Shown here: positions 49,651-63,171 of the stretch, piece by piece
How the letters are laid out: the number at the start of each line of letters is the position of its first letter
Numbering within the stretch: position 1 is the stretch's first letter
Source: Mobula hypostoma
Taxonomy: Eukaryota
Direction: 5' to 3'
NCBI RefSeq assembly: GCF_963921235.1
Contig: NC_086097.1
Span: forward strand, 178,562,001-178,626,000
DNA: 64,000 bases
The notes under the pieces: model-generated
The model's input: the letters and a program-made list of their open reading frames with translations, nothing else
What the model was told of the DNA's origin: nothing
Database searches by the model: none
Made by a program: the position numbers and the translations under genes

Positions 49651-51109
49651 ATTAGAGCACGTCTACGCAGTGGTTGGGCTTTTGCAACCTTCTATGATAG
49701 TGAATTGCTGAACTTCATTGTCCTCTGAAATTAAAGCCATTTGCAGGTCAGTTTGCAGGGTCCACCTGCTAATCATGCATATTCTGTGCTCAAGTCCATT
49801 GACCTCTAACTCTTAAGTCTCAAGAAGCCGAGGCCAAAGTGAAGGAGTGGAAACACTGGGTCTTAAAATGGCAGTGTATTTCTCAGCTGTCCAGCCCTCA
49901 GCAGGGTGTGTTAATTTGGTGACTGACCACATTCCCTGTAATGTAATTTTTCTGCTTCCAGGTTTGTGCCCGAATATGCTTCCATCGCATCGCCTTTCTT
50001 GCAGAGACCTGAATCCTGTTGTGCTAAAAATATGCACTCAAAATGTCTATTTCTGCTTTAAATAAGAAAACACTGTCAAAATCCGACCTTTCCTTCCCAT
50101 TAGCTTCCCGGGCAGAAGAGAACTACATTAATTCTGGTCAGGCTGTGCACACATTTTAAGGGAATGTTTTATTCCTCATTGATTCCCGACAGTTCCAACA
50201 CCAAGAAGCTGGAAACGTGTTTTAAAATGAGCAATTATGGAAATGTTTACTTCACTTACTGAATCTGAATGTGTGCCTGGATAGTGCTGGAATGTTCTAT
50301 GGGGCATTTAGTACTCTCCAGGGGCAGCATTGTCATTTTTTTTCCTTTTGTGTACATTTTTAACAAGTATTTGGCATTGAATTTATTTACTTTAAACGTG
50401 TATCAAGGTTAACTTCAATGAAAAATATTCAACATCTCTGCAAATAAGCTTAAAGAAATAAGTTTGAAACTCTAGCTAATGGCATGAGATAAGTGAGATA
50501 TGTTGATAATATTGCTGCAGTTTAAGGTATTTAGATTGTACAGATTTGACTCTTGAGTTCAGTCCCTGTAGAATTCGTTTATGATGCATTTCTTTGTGTT
50601 CAGGTGGTTAGTCTTAACATTGCAGTGACTAAAGTTGGATTAGTTTGTGCCTTTGACTGAAAAAAACAAATATATTCAGCATGGATTCATTTAGAAAGAA
50701 AGAGGTGGCTTAATATTGAGAAAACTTAAGAAACAGCATTGGGAACCAGCCATTTGGTCCCTCAAACCTGTTCTGCTATTCAATGACTGATCTGATTCCC
50801 TGTTGATTCAGTATACATTTTCTTCATTCAAAGACTCTGAGAAGGTGATAGTGAATTGCCTTCTTGAACCACGACAGTCCTTGGTGGGTAGACCCACAGT
50901 GCTGTTTTGGAGAGAGTTCTAGGATTTTCATAGTGAAAGAGCAGTGACATATTCCATCAAGCAACACACATCAAAGTTGCTGCTTTTGCTACCCTTGTCC
51001 TGCCAGCTGGTAGAGTTGGCCGGTTTGAAAGGTGCTGTCTTGGTAAATTGCTGCATTTGAAGACTATGAGTGTGTTGTGTGACTGTGGATTGATAGCATG
51101 GAGAAGGGA

Positions 51110-51156
51110 TGTGTGTGTGTGTGTGTGTGTGAGTGTGAGGTCTTGAGAGAGAGTGA

Positions 51157-51189
<33 letters not shown>

Positions 51190-51195
51190 TGTGTG
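51110..51195. repeat. (GT)n-rich microsatellite
   Basis: Directly visible. Confidence 0.9.
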
Positions 51196-51196
51196 T

Positions 51197-53710
51197 TACC
51201 CCTCTAAACCTTCCTTATTGATGAACCTGTTGCAATATCTTTACTGTACCTGTACATTTAGTATAATTGTACCTGCCTGTACCACGGTCTTGTGATGCTG
51301 CTGCAAGTTTTTCATTGCACCTGTGCATACATTTACTTGTGCATATGATGATAAACTTGACTTTGACCCTTTGTGGGAAAAATTTGCCCCTCTGATCCAA
51401 TTTAAATCTTTCCCCTCTCTCCTGAAGCCTATGGCCTCCAGTTTCACATTCCCCTGCCCTGGGTAAAGGACTGTGACTATTCATATTATCTATGCCTTTT
51501 AATGATTTTATAAAACTCACTAAGGTCACCACTTATTAGCCTTCTTTGCTCCAGGGAGAGAAGTCCTAGCCTCTTGTGTCTAGCCAGCTTATCCAGTCTC
51601 TCCTTGTGACAACCCTCTGGTCCTGGTATCACACTTGTGCATCTTTCCTTCAATCTCTCCAGCTTAATGACATCTTTGCTATAGCTGGATGACTAGAACT
51701 CACACAATACTCGAAAAGTGTGGTCTCGCCAATGTCCTGTTCAGCTATAATATGATGTCCCAGCTCTTGTATTGAGTACAAGCAAGCCAAACGCCCTCTT
51801 CATAATCTGTCACTGTCCACAGTATTTCTGTCACCACTCTGAGGGAACTGCATCCCTCAGTCTCCCTAACTTGCAACACTCTCCCGTTACCATATCCTGT
51901 GTTATACTCTGAAGATAATGCAGTAAGACAATGGAAAACATACAGATTTTTATAAGTTACAAGATAGCTGGATAATGTAAAAGATGGATAATGAGGTAGT
52001 GTTCATGGACTGTTCAGAGACCTGATGGAGGAGGGAAAAAAACTGTTCCTAAAACATTGAACGTGGCTCTTCCTTGATAGTAGTAATTAAAAGAGGGCAA
52101 GTCACAGTGGGTGAGAGTCCTCAGAGATGGATGCCGCCTGCCTGAGGCACCACTTCTCAAAGTTGTCCTCGATGGTGGAGAGGGTTGTGCCTGTGATGGA
52201 ACTGGTTGAGTCTACAGCCCTGTGCAGCCTCTGATAATTCTGAGCATTACTCTGTACCAAGCTGAGATGCAACTGGTTATAATGCTCTCCATCATACATC
52301 TGTAGGAATTTGTAAGAGACTTTAGTGCCATATCATGTCTCCTCAAATTCCAAATGAAGGCACTGCTGTGCCCTCTTTGTGATTGCTTTAATGTGTTGGT
52401 CCCAGGACATTCCTTTGATACCAGTCTGATGGCATTTCTTCCCATGATATTGACTGATGGATAAATATTGGCCAGGGGCTCTCATGATGTTCCTCAAAGA
52501 AGTGGTAGAGGACAGCACTCCAGTGGAATACGAGTCTAGAGCTATGCCTCTGAATCTCTGATGAATCAATCTGACACGATGTTAGGACACAGCTAGAGTA
52601 CTGAGTGTAATTCTGGTCATCACACAACAGAAAGAATGTGGTTGCACTGGTAAGAATGCAGAAGAGACTCACCAGGATGTTGCCTGGGACAGAGCATTCT
52701 GGTTTTGAGAAGAGACGGGAGAGCCTGGGTCTGTTTTCCTAGGAGTGACCTGATAAAAATGTTTAAAATTAGAAGAAACAAAGACTGCACAGATGGGAAC
52801 AAAGCATTCTCCTTAGCAGGAGTGTGTATATAACCAGAGCACATGTGTTTTTTTTGTATTAGTTTATTATTGTTGCATGTACCAAGATAGAGTGGAAAGG
52901 TTTTGATGGCACTTGATAGCATACAGCAGTACATTAAGGCAGTAAGAAGAAAACCAGAATGCAGAATATGTGTAATGTTACAGTTCCAGAGCAGGTGCAG
53001 TGCAGGCCGACAAATAAATTACAAAAGTCACAATGAGGTAGGTGGAAGATTGAGAATTCATCTTTAACATATAAGCGGCCTGCCCAAGTGTCTGTTCCTT
53101 TAGCCTAGTGGTATATGCATTAGGGTTAGAGAAGAGAAAGTTAATGGGGTGATGAGGTTCTTTTATTGTGTTACCTGCTTCCCCGAGGCAGTTGGAGTGC
53201 AGTCCATTGAGGGGAGGCTGGTTTGCGTGAAGGACTGGGCTGCATTCAGAACTCTCCACCATTTCTGGTTGTCTTGCACGGAGCTGTTGCCGTACCAAGC
53301 TATGCTGCATCCAGATGGGATAATTCTGATGGTGTATCTTTAAAAACTGGTAAGGGCCACTGGGAAGATGCTAAATTTGTTCAGGCATTTGCTCAAAGTG
53401 TTGTTTTTTGAGAAAATGTAGCAACCCTACCGACTCCTGGGTCAATACTAGCGATAACCTAGTGAAGTGAAGAAGGAACATTAGGGTGATATAGTGGAAA
53501 GGAGAACAGCCAGGCTAAAGGGTAACAGATATAAGAAAGAACCTCTTCCATGCAGAGTGTCGTTGGGATTTGGAGGGGGTGGTGGAAGCATTTGATTCAC
53601 CAAGGTATAGAAGGCTATGGAGTAAATGCTGGTCAATGGGATTAGTATAGATTGGCATGGACATGATGGGCCAAAGGGCCTGTTTTTGTTCTGTCTTTGG
53701 CACTCTGTCT
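51197..53710. mobile_element. CR1 and L2-type fragment mosaic
   Basis: Peptides LKGIDNMN...GGHRL...GKFFPQRV (CR1) and YRCMMESIITSCISAWY (L2). Confidence 0.65.
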
Positions 53711-54229
53711 CCATGACGTGTGAGCATACTTGTCGAGTCCCAGCAGAAAGCATGATGAATTGCTTGCTTTGTGATTTCATTGATGCACCGTCTCAGGTTC
53801 CCAGAAAGGCGAGCTGCCAGTAGTGAAACACTGTGTCTCGGTCGTAAAGTCTGAAGCTTAGATGTCTGCTCTGGCCACAGCCCCATTTGGGATGGGGAGA
53901 TCTGTAAATTCAATGCTGGGTGTTATTTGCCATTCACATCAGCCTTGGCCTGAAGATTTAACATTCCTCCCACCACATATTGACTGAGATCCAAATATCA
54001 CTACATTTTCATCACTGGATTTGCAAAGGCACTGTCATTTGGTCTTTCCCAGAATCTTCAGGAACTGAATGTTAACCTAACTCGATGAATGGAACTCTAG
54101 AACCAGAAATAAATTCATGAAATATTAATAAGGTTTTAAAATCACTTTCCTTAACTTTGTATGTAATGAGATATTTGACGTACATAAAAAGAAAAGCTTC
54201 ACGAGGTCAAATCCTGCAACCCAGGACCA

Positions 54230-55130
54230 GTTATCGAGTCATGCTACTATACATCACAGAAACAGGCCCTTTGGCCCAACTCTTCCATGATGACCGTGAT
54301 GTCCACCAAGCTAGTCCCATTCATCTGTGTTTGTCCCACATCCCTCTAAACCTTTCCTATCATGCACCAATCTAAATCTCTTTTGAATGTTGTTATTTTA
54401 CCTCCCTCAATCATTTATACTGTCAGCTTGTTCCATATACCCACCTGAATTTTGCAAAATGCAGCCACTGCCATAGAGCACCCAAGTAGCACTGAGTAAG
54501 TTCTCACCAATAGCACTAGCAAATTGTTAAATTGGGTTATATTGTCATGTTTACCGAGGCACAGGGGAAAACTGTTGTGTGTGTCTTCTATGCAGATCAA
54601 TTCATTACAACAGTACTTTGAGGTAGTATAAGGGAAAGCAATAACAAATGCAGAATAAAGTGTTCCAGTTACAGAGAGAGTGCAGTGCAGGTAGACAAAT
54701 AATGAGCAAGATCGTAACAAGGTAGATTGTAAGGTAAAGAGTTAATCTTATCGTACTAGGGACCATTCAGTACCCTGCTGTTTACTTATTTATTGAGATA
54801 CAGCGTGGACTCGGCTCTTCTGACCCTTCGAGCTGCGCCAGCCAGCAAACCCCAATTTAATCCTGGCTGCGGTGACACACCAACCAGTACACCTTCAGAC
54901 TGTGGGAGGGAACCGCAGCACCCTGACAATTCCCATGTGTTCCACGGGAAGGATGTACAGATTCCTTACAGATGACATAAGAGTTGAACTCGGAACACTG
55001 ACGCCCTGAGTTGTAACAGCATCGCGTTAACTGCTACACCACCGTGGTCCTAATAGAGCGGGGTAGAAGTTGTCTTCGGCCCGAGTGTACCTTCAGACTT
55101 TTGTACCTACTGCCTGGTGAGAGAAGGTCC
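54230..55130 (-). mobile_element. CR1 tail and L2 tail with nested SINE (~54780-55045)
   Basis: Recurrent family motifs; SINE head gcgttaactgctacaccaccgtg on the minus strand. Confidence 0.6.
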
Positions 55131-55709
55131 AGGGTGGTTGGCTGGCTGTCGGAGGAGCGGTTGGATAGTGAGGGGCAATGTGTTATTATTTCACAGGATG
55201 AAGACATCAGCATTTATTTCTCATCTGTACTTGCCCCTGCATTCAGTCGCCTACTGACTCTGGACAGGGAGCTGAGAGAGAGGGAGGGAGAGAGGGAGAG
55301 AGAGAGGGAGGAGAGGGGGGAGAGAGGGTGTGCAGGGAAAGCAGACTCTCCCTGTGAGGTTTCTTGGCCTTTATTAGCGGCTGTCCGCAGCCATCAGAAT
55401 GAGGTGATCTTTTCCTGTGTTTACACTGCCTGCCTCAGTCTTAAATTGTGACTGTCCCTGTTGCCCACAGCACCAGCCGCCTGCGTCTCAGAGGGAACAC
55501 AGGCTGCAATATTCGAGAGTAAAAAAAACACAATAAATTCTGATTGGCAGAGTGATTCTCTTGAGGCACCAGAGGAAAAATATTAAATCCTCCTCTTTCT
55601 CCTCTTATTATTTGTGTTACAAGACAATGGAAATTGCTTTTTGGCTCCCTGGCACATCTTCTGACAATCTATGCAGTTTTAGAAAGAGGTGGACTCCAAG
55701 CGAGAGAGC

Positions 55710-55980
55710 TCTCTTTCTCTCCCTCTCCCCCTTCTCTCTCTGTCATACATATACATATGCATGCATATACAGACACACACACACAGACACACACACACAC
55801 ACACACACTCTCTCTCTCTCTTTCTTTCACACTCTCTCAATCTCCCCTCCCCCTCCCCCTCCCCTCAATCTCTCCCCCACCACTCTCTCTTCCCCACCAC
55901 ACTCTCCCCCCACCTCTCTTGCCCCACACCCTCTCTCCCTCCCCACCCTCTCGCTATCTTCCCCCGTCCCCACATTCCCT
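55710..55980. repeat. (CA)n/(CT)n and C-rich low complexity
   Basis: Directly visible. Confidence 0.85.
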
Positions 55981-56209
55981 TCAGAACCTTTGGCTAGCAA
56001 GCAAGTGAAGTCCGGTCCCAACCTCTGGTGGCCTTTTGGAGGATCACAGGGGGGCCCATCCGAGGCTGGAGTCGGGGATGATTGTCCGAGGCATTTCAAA
56101 TTTGCAGCACTTGCTTCCTTGTTCACAGGGCCTCCTCCCTGAAGGAGATCAGTGCCACTGCCCTGGTCACATGAGAGGTAGGAACAGTGAACAAAGCAGG
56201 AGGATTAAG

Positions 56210-59200
56210 AGTGGAACAGTGGTGCAGATAGTAGAGTCATTGCCTGACAGCTCCAGTGACCCTGTGTTCAGCTCTGGGCTCGGGTCCTGTCTGTACCTAT
56301 TCTTTCTGCGTCCGAGTGGGTTTCCTCCCTTGTCCCAGAAATGTGCAGGTTAGTGTGTTAATTGTCTGCTGTAAAAGACTACTTGAGGTGGTGGGTGGTA
56401 GAATCTGGAGGGAATTGATGGGACTGTGCAGAAGATAAAATGGGACCAGTGTAAATGGATGATGATGGGCTAGCACAGACATGATGGGTTGAAGGGCCTG
56501 TTTCAGTGCTGCATGGCCACTCCAGGGATGCATGCACTTGGCTGGTATTTTAGCAGCTGGGTGGTGTGGCAGGTAGTATCGCACCTCTGGTCAAAGGCAA
56601 AGTTGAGTTGATTGTCATCTGCACAAGTCCATGAATTCACAGGTGCAATGAAAAACTTACTCGCAGCAGCGTCAGAGGCACAGAGCATCATAGAGAGTCA
56701 TAGATTCTCAGAGTAATACAGCACAGAAAACGGCCCTTCAGCCCAACCATTCATGCCAGCCATGTTGCCCACCCAGCTAGTCCCAATTTCCTGCGTTCAG
56801 CCTACTTCCCTTAAAGCCCTGCCCTGACATCCACCTGTCCAAGTGCTTCTTAGATGACACTCAACCATTCCGCCTGGCAGCTCGTTCCGTGTACTCAGCA
56901 CCCTCTGTGTGGAAAAAGTTGTCCCTTGGGGCCCTTTTAAAGCTTACCCCTCTCACCCTAATTCTCCCCTCTCATAATTGTAAACTCTTCTGTGAGGTCA
57001 CCTCTCATTCTCGTACCTTCCAAAGGGTAATGACCCAGCCTGGCCAAACCTCAGGTAAACAGCATTCACAAAAAAGTTATAAATAATACACACTTTTTTT
57101 GGCAAGAAAACAATTAGAACAAAATACAAAGTCCATTTTAGTGCACAGCAGTGCTGTCTGCATGGAGTTTGCACATTTTCCCTGTGACCACATGGGGTTC
57201 CTTGGGTGCTCCAGTTTCTTCCCACATTCCAGAGGCGTGCTTATAGGTAGACTGACAAGTCTATATTACCCCTAATCTGGGTAAATGTTAAAATCTCAGG
57301 AGTTTGTGTTAAGAAGTTGAGCTACAGGCCTACAGAGAAATAGGATTGATAGGATTACCCAGTGGGAACTTGCATGGATCCTGTGGGCTAAACGACCTTC
57401 CTCTGTGTGATGATAGCTGGTTAGTAAAGAATAAAAAAGCAGTGTTAGCATTAGTGCGCCACTATGCAGCTTGGGGCAATCTGCAGTTGGAAATTCAATC
57501 CTGGTGCCATTTTGTAAGCAGTCTCTGTACGTCCTCCCCATGGGATGCAAGGGTTTTTCCAGGGTGCTCCGGTTTCCTCTAACCAACCAGAGACGTACTG
57601 ACTAGGTTAATTACTCACTGTAATATGCCCTGTTATTAGGTTGGGGTTAATTGGGGTTGTGGAGTTGCTGGGGCAGCGTGGCTCAAAGAGCCAACTCTGC
57701 TCTACATCGCTAAAATAAAATAAAAATCAAATTTAGAGTGGACTTAGAATATAAAAACAAGGCTGTAATTCAGAAGCTTTGTAAGGCATTGGTCAGATTA
57801 CATTTGGAGTACTGTGAGCAGTTTTGGGCCTCGTATCTATGAAAGGATGTGCTGGCATTGGGGAAGGTCCAGAAGAGATTTATGAGAATGATTCCAGGAA
57901 TGAAAGGGTTAACATGTGAGGTTTGGTGGCTCAGGGCCTATAATCACTGGAGTTTAGAAGAATGAAGGGGGGGATCTCATTGAAACATACCGGATATTGA
58001 AAGGCCTAGGTAGAGTGGATGTGGAGAGAACGTTTTCAATGGTGAGAGAGTTTAGGACAAGAGGGCACAGCCTCAGAATACAAGGACGTCCCTTTTGAAG
58101 AGAGATGAAAAGGAATTTCTTTAGCCAGAAGGTGGTAACTCTTTGGAATTCATTGCCACAAATGGCCGTGGAGGCCAAGCCATATTTAAAGCAGAGGTTG
58201 GTTGCTTCTTAATTAGTAAGGGCATCGCAGGTTATGGGGAGAAAGCAGGAGGGTGGAGTTGAGAGGAAAAATAAATCAGCCATGAATGGGATGGAGCAGA
58301 CTCGAGTGGCTGTACGGCCTAATTATGCTCCTATGTCTTACGGTCTTATTCTATGCACTGTCTAAATGGGTGTGTGATAGATATAGCCTCAGTGGGCCGA
58401 AGAGCCTATTCTGCACTTAATTGAATATACAGAGAGTGGGGTTATAGACTGACGAATTGGGCAAAGTAGCTTCTTTAATAAAGGCATAAAAGTTAACAGC
58501 AATTGATGTATAGAAGGATCTAGGGATGCAAATCTGCAGATAGATAGATAGATACTTTATTGATCCCAAAGAAAAGTGCAGTGCTGCAGCAGTATTACAA
58601 GTACACAGATATACAACTATACAAGTATTAGAAGAGAAGTAAGAAAGATTAAAAAAATAAGTGCCTCAAGCAGTCGAGCAGGAGGGGGTCGTCACTTCCC
58701 CGGCTATAGGTTGACTCATTATAGAGCCTTATGGCCGAGGGTAAGATGACCTCGTATATCGCTCTTTGGAGCAGTGCTGTAGCTCCCTGAAGTGGATAAA
58801 GGTGGTTAAGAAAGTGTAGGACGCACCTGCCTTCATCAGCGAGGACAGTGAGTATAAAGGTTGGGAAATCTTGTTGCAGCTGTATGAAATTTTAGATAAA
58901 CAGGATTGTGCGATTCTGGTCGTTCCATTATTGGAAAGATGTGGAAGCTTTGGAGAGGTTCACCAGGCTGCTGCCTGAATTAGAGATTTAGCTATAAGGA
59001 GAGGGTGGACAAACTGAGATTGTTTCCTCTGAGGCACTGGCAGTTGAGGGGAGAGTTGATTGAAAGTTAAAAAATTATGAAGGTCATCAAAAGGATAGGC
59101 AGTCTAGAGGTTAACTTTTTTACCATGTGAGGAGGAGTATTTAACGGAGGTGAGTGAGGCAAGTTGTTTACACAAAGAGCGGTAGGTGCCTGGAATGTAC

Positions 59201-59680
59201 TGCCAGGGGAGGTGGTGAAGCAGATAGGAAAGCAATGTTTAAGCAGGCACATGAATAGGCAGACTGGGGTTAAATCAGGGGTTGCTGGGCAACGTGGCTC
59301 GAAGGGCCGGGGGGTCTATTCCACTTTGTATCTCAATAAACAAACAATGGAGGGATATGGACGATGTGTATGCAGATGGGCTGGTTTGGCACCATGGTGG
59401 GCTGAATGGCCTGTTCCTGTGCTGTGTTTGAAATTACATTTAAAAGTACTTTGGAATGGGAATTGGTTTATTATTGTGACACATACCGAGATACAGTGAA
59501 AAAGCTTTTCTTGCATAGAGATCAGATCAGGTCATTACGCAATGTATTGAGGTAGTATGAGGTAAAACTATAACAAGGCAGAATAAAATGTAACAGCTAC
59601 AGAATTCAGGGTAGGTAGACAGTAAGGTGTGAGATCATAGCGAGGTAGATTGTGAAGTCAAGCACTATTATCACTGTAAA
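56210..59680. mobile_element. Dense cluster of SINEs (+ ~56210-56510, ~57150-57410, ~57440-57725), CR1 (- ~56700-57050; + ~57740-58350, ~58790-59430), Rex-type tail (- ~58540-58780) and L2 tails
   Basis: SINE body gggtgctccggtttcctc; CR1 ggtcagattacatttggagtactgtgagcagttttggg; (GATA)n tail at ~58538. Confidence 0.65.
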
Positions 59681-59750
59681 ATACGATAAGCTCCACAAGA
59701 AGGCTCACAAATAGAACACTTATCCATCAAAACAGAGTCTTAGATAGGAA

Positions 59751-59995
59751 ACACAAACACGAGGAATTCTGCAGATGCTGGAATTCAAGCAACACGCATC
59801 AAAGTTGCTGGTGAATGCAGCAGGCCAGGCAGCATCTCTAGGAAGAGGTACAGTCAACGTTTCAGGCTGATTTCTCTTACTAACTCTTCCTTCAGTTAGT
59901 CCTGACGAAGGGTCTCGGCCTGAAACGTCGACTGTACCTCTTCCTAGAGATGCTGCCTAGCCTGCTGCGTTCACCAGCAACTTTGATGTGTGTTC
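59751..59995. mobile_element. Young Penelope-terminus hairpin element, 12-bp TSD
   Basis: Arms ~59791-59867 / ~59917-59994 are nearly identical to the ends of 36874-38529. CTTAGATAGGAA at 59739-59750 and 59996-60007. Confidence 0.9.
59898..59933 (+). ncRNA. Minimal type I hammerhead ribozyme, identical to 38397-38432
   Basis: agtcctgacgaagggtctcggcctgaaacgtcgact. Confidence 0.75.
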
Positions 59996-61184
59996 CTTAG
60001 ATAGGAACAGGATTTTGAGGAGTACTTTAAAGGAAAGAGAGAGACAGCCGGGGAGTTTTTGAAGGGCACGAGGCCTAGACCGCTGAGGGCATGGCTGCCA
60101 ATGGTAGAGCAATGGGAATCAGGAGCGGGCTGGAGGTTAGAATCACGGCAGAGATTTGGGAGACGTGTGGAATGTAACGGGGAAGGTTGAGGGGGCTGGA
60201 TGTTGCCAGGGGTGGTGGTGTGTGGTCTGTGACCAGTGTTTGTGCTGTGTAAAATCAAGGCCTAACTCGAAGACCCCAATGAGCGTGAAAATAAATATGG
60301 GCTCAAGGGGCAATGGATGAACTGGTCTGAAGTAAATCCAGAACCATGGCTGATCCAGGGAAGTGGTCAGGTTTGGCCTTAAGTTCATTGAATGCAGGGA
60401 GCCACACGCAATGATTCAGGAACAGCCATCAGATTTCTGAACGGTCTATGACCACCACCTCATTATTCTTTTTCTTTGCACTAGTTATTTTTATATCAAC
60501 AAATTTAACGTCATTTAAAGCAGAGATAATAAACCTGGTTTTGATTCTGATTCTGATCCCTGTTAAAAGGATGGGGAAGGTTTGAGTTTTCTAAACGAAG
60601 CAGAGGAGAGGCAGAGAGAGTTGTGTGTATTTGAGTGAGATGTGGTACAAAGGCCTCTCTTTGCGTTTCATTGAAACAACTGAGACAGTCTGGCTGTTTA
60701 CTCACTGTGGCTTGGTCTAAGAGGACGGAGGAAGTGCCTGCAAAGCACTTCAGCCCATTGCTCACAGATTCTTTTATTTCACTGATGCATTAAGCAATCT
60801 CCCTGCAGAGTTATTCTCCTCTTGCTAGTGTGGATAAAGCTTCCCTCTGGGGAACTCTGCAATTTCCAGCTTCTCTGGATTCAGGTATTAGTAAAGACCG
60901 CTGGGGGAGAGCACAACAATATAACTCTACATTTTCAGGCATTCTGAAAGAACCCCCTAAGGGTCCTGGGTTCAAATTTCTGAAATGTAGGCATTGTAAA
61001 AGCTGTCTCTGGGGATCCTCGCAATAGAAATCTGCTGAATTCAAAGCATTTCCTAACCCTGGCAGGAGCATTTCAACTCCCGTTGGAAGCTTTTTAGAAA
61101 AACATGTGTTGCTGACATGTTGACAGATTGCTCAGTGAAGTGTTAGGTGCTTGCACATGCCTGGCCATTTAGGGAAAGTGGAAG

Positions 61185-61303
61185 ACACACACACACTCAC
61201 ACAGTCACAGACACAGACACTCTCACACACACAGTCACAGAGACGCACACTCTCACACACAGAGTGACAGACACGCACACTCTCACACACACAGTCACAG
61301 ACA

Positions 61304-61363
<60 letters not shown>

Positions 61364-61713
61364 TACACATTACACACCAGTAGAGGGGGAAAGAGAGGGA
61401 CACACACGTATGGAGAGAGAATGCACACACAGACACGCACACTATATAGACAAATAGATGTGTGTGCATACACACACACACCCCACACAAATGCAGACAG
61501 ACAAGTAGATACACATACATCAGCAGTCTCCACACACAGCGGTAGAGACAGGCACATACAGGTAGACTGACAGACAGTCAGGCACACACACCAGTAGAGA
61601 GAGAGAGACACACACACACGTGTAGAGAGAGAGACTGTACATACAGATGCACACATACACACTATATAGAGACAGACGTGTGTGCACATACACACACACT
61701 CTCTCTCTCTCTG

Positions 61714-61755
<42 letters not shown>

Positions 61756-61830
61756 GTACATCTGGAGAAGGATAGACACACAGACACAACAGTATATGTA
61801 AAGAGACAGACAGACACACTCGTACACACA
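61185..61830. repeat. CA/GA-rich compound microsatellite with a ~28-bp sub-repeat
   Basis: cacagtcacagacac...actctcacac units followed by (CA)n. Confidence 0.9.
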
Positions 61831-62629
61831 CGCCCCATGTTTATTGCATCTGACACAAAGAGCTGAAGTTCTCGCAGCTTAGAATGAAACTCTGCCCATT
61901 TCGTTTGGTACATAAAGAGGTCAGAAGCCCTGTGACCTGGCCTAGCTTGTCTTCAGGACTGGCAGCTGGCTTCTCTTCACCTCAGCTCTGACATGCAAGG
62001 GAATTTTCTTGCCTGCTGCCGGATTGGGAGGAAATCTGATCAAACGCTGATATTAAATCCAAGTTTTGCCCTATCAGGGCATTAGTGATGTACGACTTAA
62101 TAAACCCCAGTGGTTGGAAGATCGCTGCCTTGGCAACAGGATGGAAATGGAGATAATAATGTATGCACGGTAGGAGCGACCTGGGTTCTACAGGAGAGGT
62201 TCTCAGGGGAGGGCCCTTCACCCTGAGTTCGACTTGTCTGGGCAAAATCACTTTACAATAGACAGCATCAGAATACTGAAGAGCTGTGGTACTGATGAGC
62301 ACATCGATATGGGAAGAGTGAAATGAATTGGGGGGAGGGAGAGAGAAAGAGAAAGACACTTCACTGGGAGATGTTGAGAGCCACTCCTTTGAAAAATTCA
62401 TGGATCTCAAAAGCACTCATAACAGCTATGTCTACAGGCAAAATGGACACGTTAAAGGAAGTTACAATCATTGCTGAATGATGCCCGAGAATGGATTGCC
62501 TTACCCCCTATAAAGCAGTGAGAGTTCTGCCTTGAACTTCACTAAGTTTAACCCTTGCTCAGAGTTCAAAAGGATGCTGCTACCTGGGGGTTTCATCCAA
62601 GGAGAAATAAGTGAAGCTAGATTTAGGAT

Positions 62630-62940
62630 TAAAGACTAGTTTTATTTGTCATATGTACATCAAAGCGTACCAGGGAAATGTGACAACAACCAACACAGTC
62701 TGAAGGTGTGCTGGAGGTAGTGTGCAACTGTTGGCATGCTTCCAGTGCCAACGTAGGATGTCCATAACTTACTAACCCTCACTGACCATGTTGTTTTGGA
62801 AGGTGGGAGGAAACTGGAGCACCTGAAGGAAACCCATACAGTCACGGGGAGAATATACAAATTCCTTATAGGCAGCGGTGGGAACTGAACCCCGATTTCT
62901 GGCGCTGTAAAGTTTTATGTTAACCACTATGCTACCATCT
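62630..62940 (-). mobile_element. Near full-length tRNA-headed SINE
   Basis: Minus strand begins tggtagcatagtggttaac (A-box-like) ... ggggttcagttccc (B-box-like); same body as 27250-27510. Confidence 0.75.
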
Positions 62941-63171
62941 CGCACCCAATTCCCCCCCCCCCCACTCCGCCAAGTGCAGCTTCCAGCTGGTCCTGGAAGC
63001 AACAGAATCTTTCCTGGCTGTGGGTAAATGGAGGTAGGGGGAGAGAGACTGATGGGAGAGATTGCTCTCGTAGTTGAAGAGGCCTTTCTGCCCATTGAGT
63101 CTGAACAGCTTTCCCTCTGGTGAGCTGGGTTTGATCCAGACCTCGAGAGCTGTCTGGGTAGTGTTTTCCTG

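Noticed and set aside
61132..61913. Cys/Val-rich and His/Thr-rich ORFs
   Set aside because: Dinucleotide-repeat translations.
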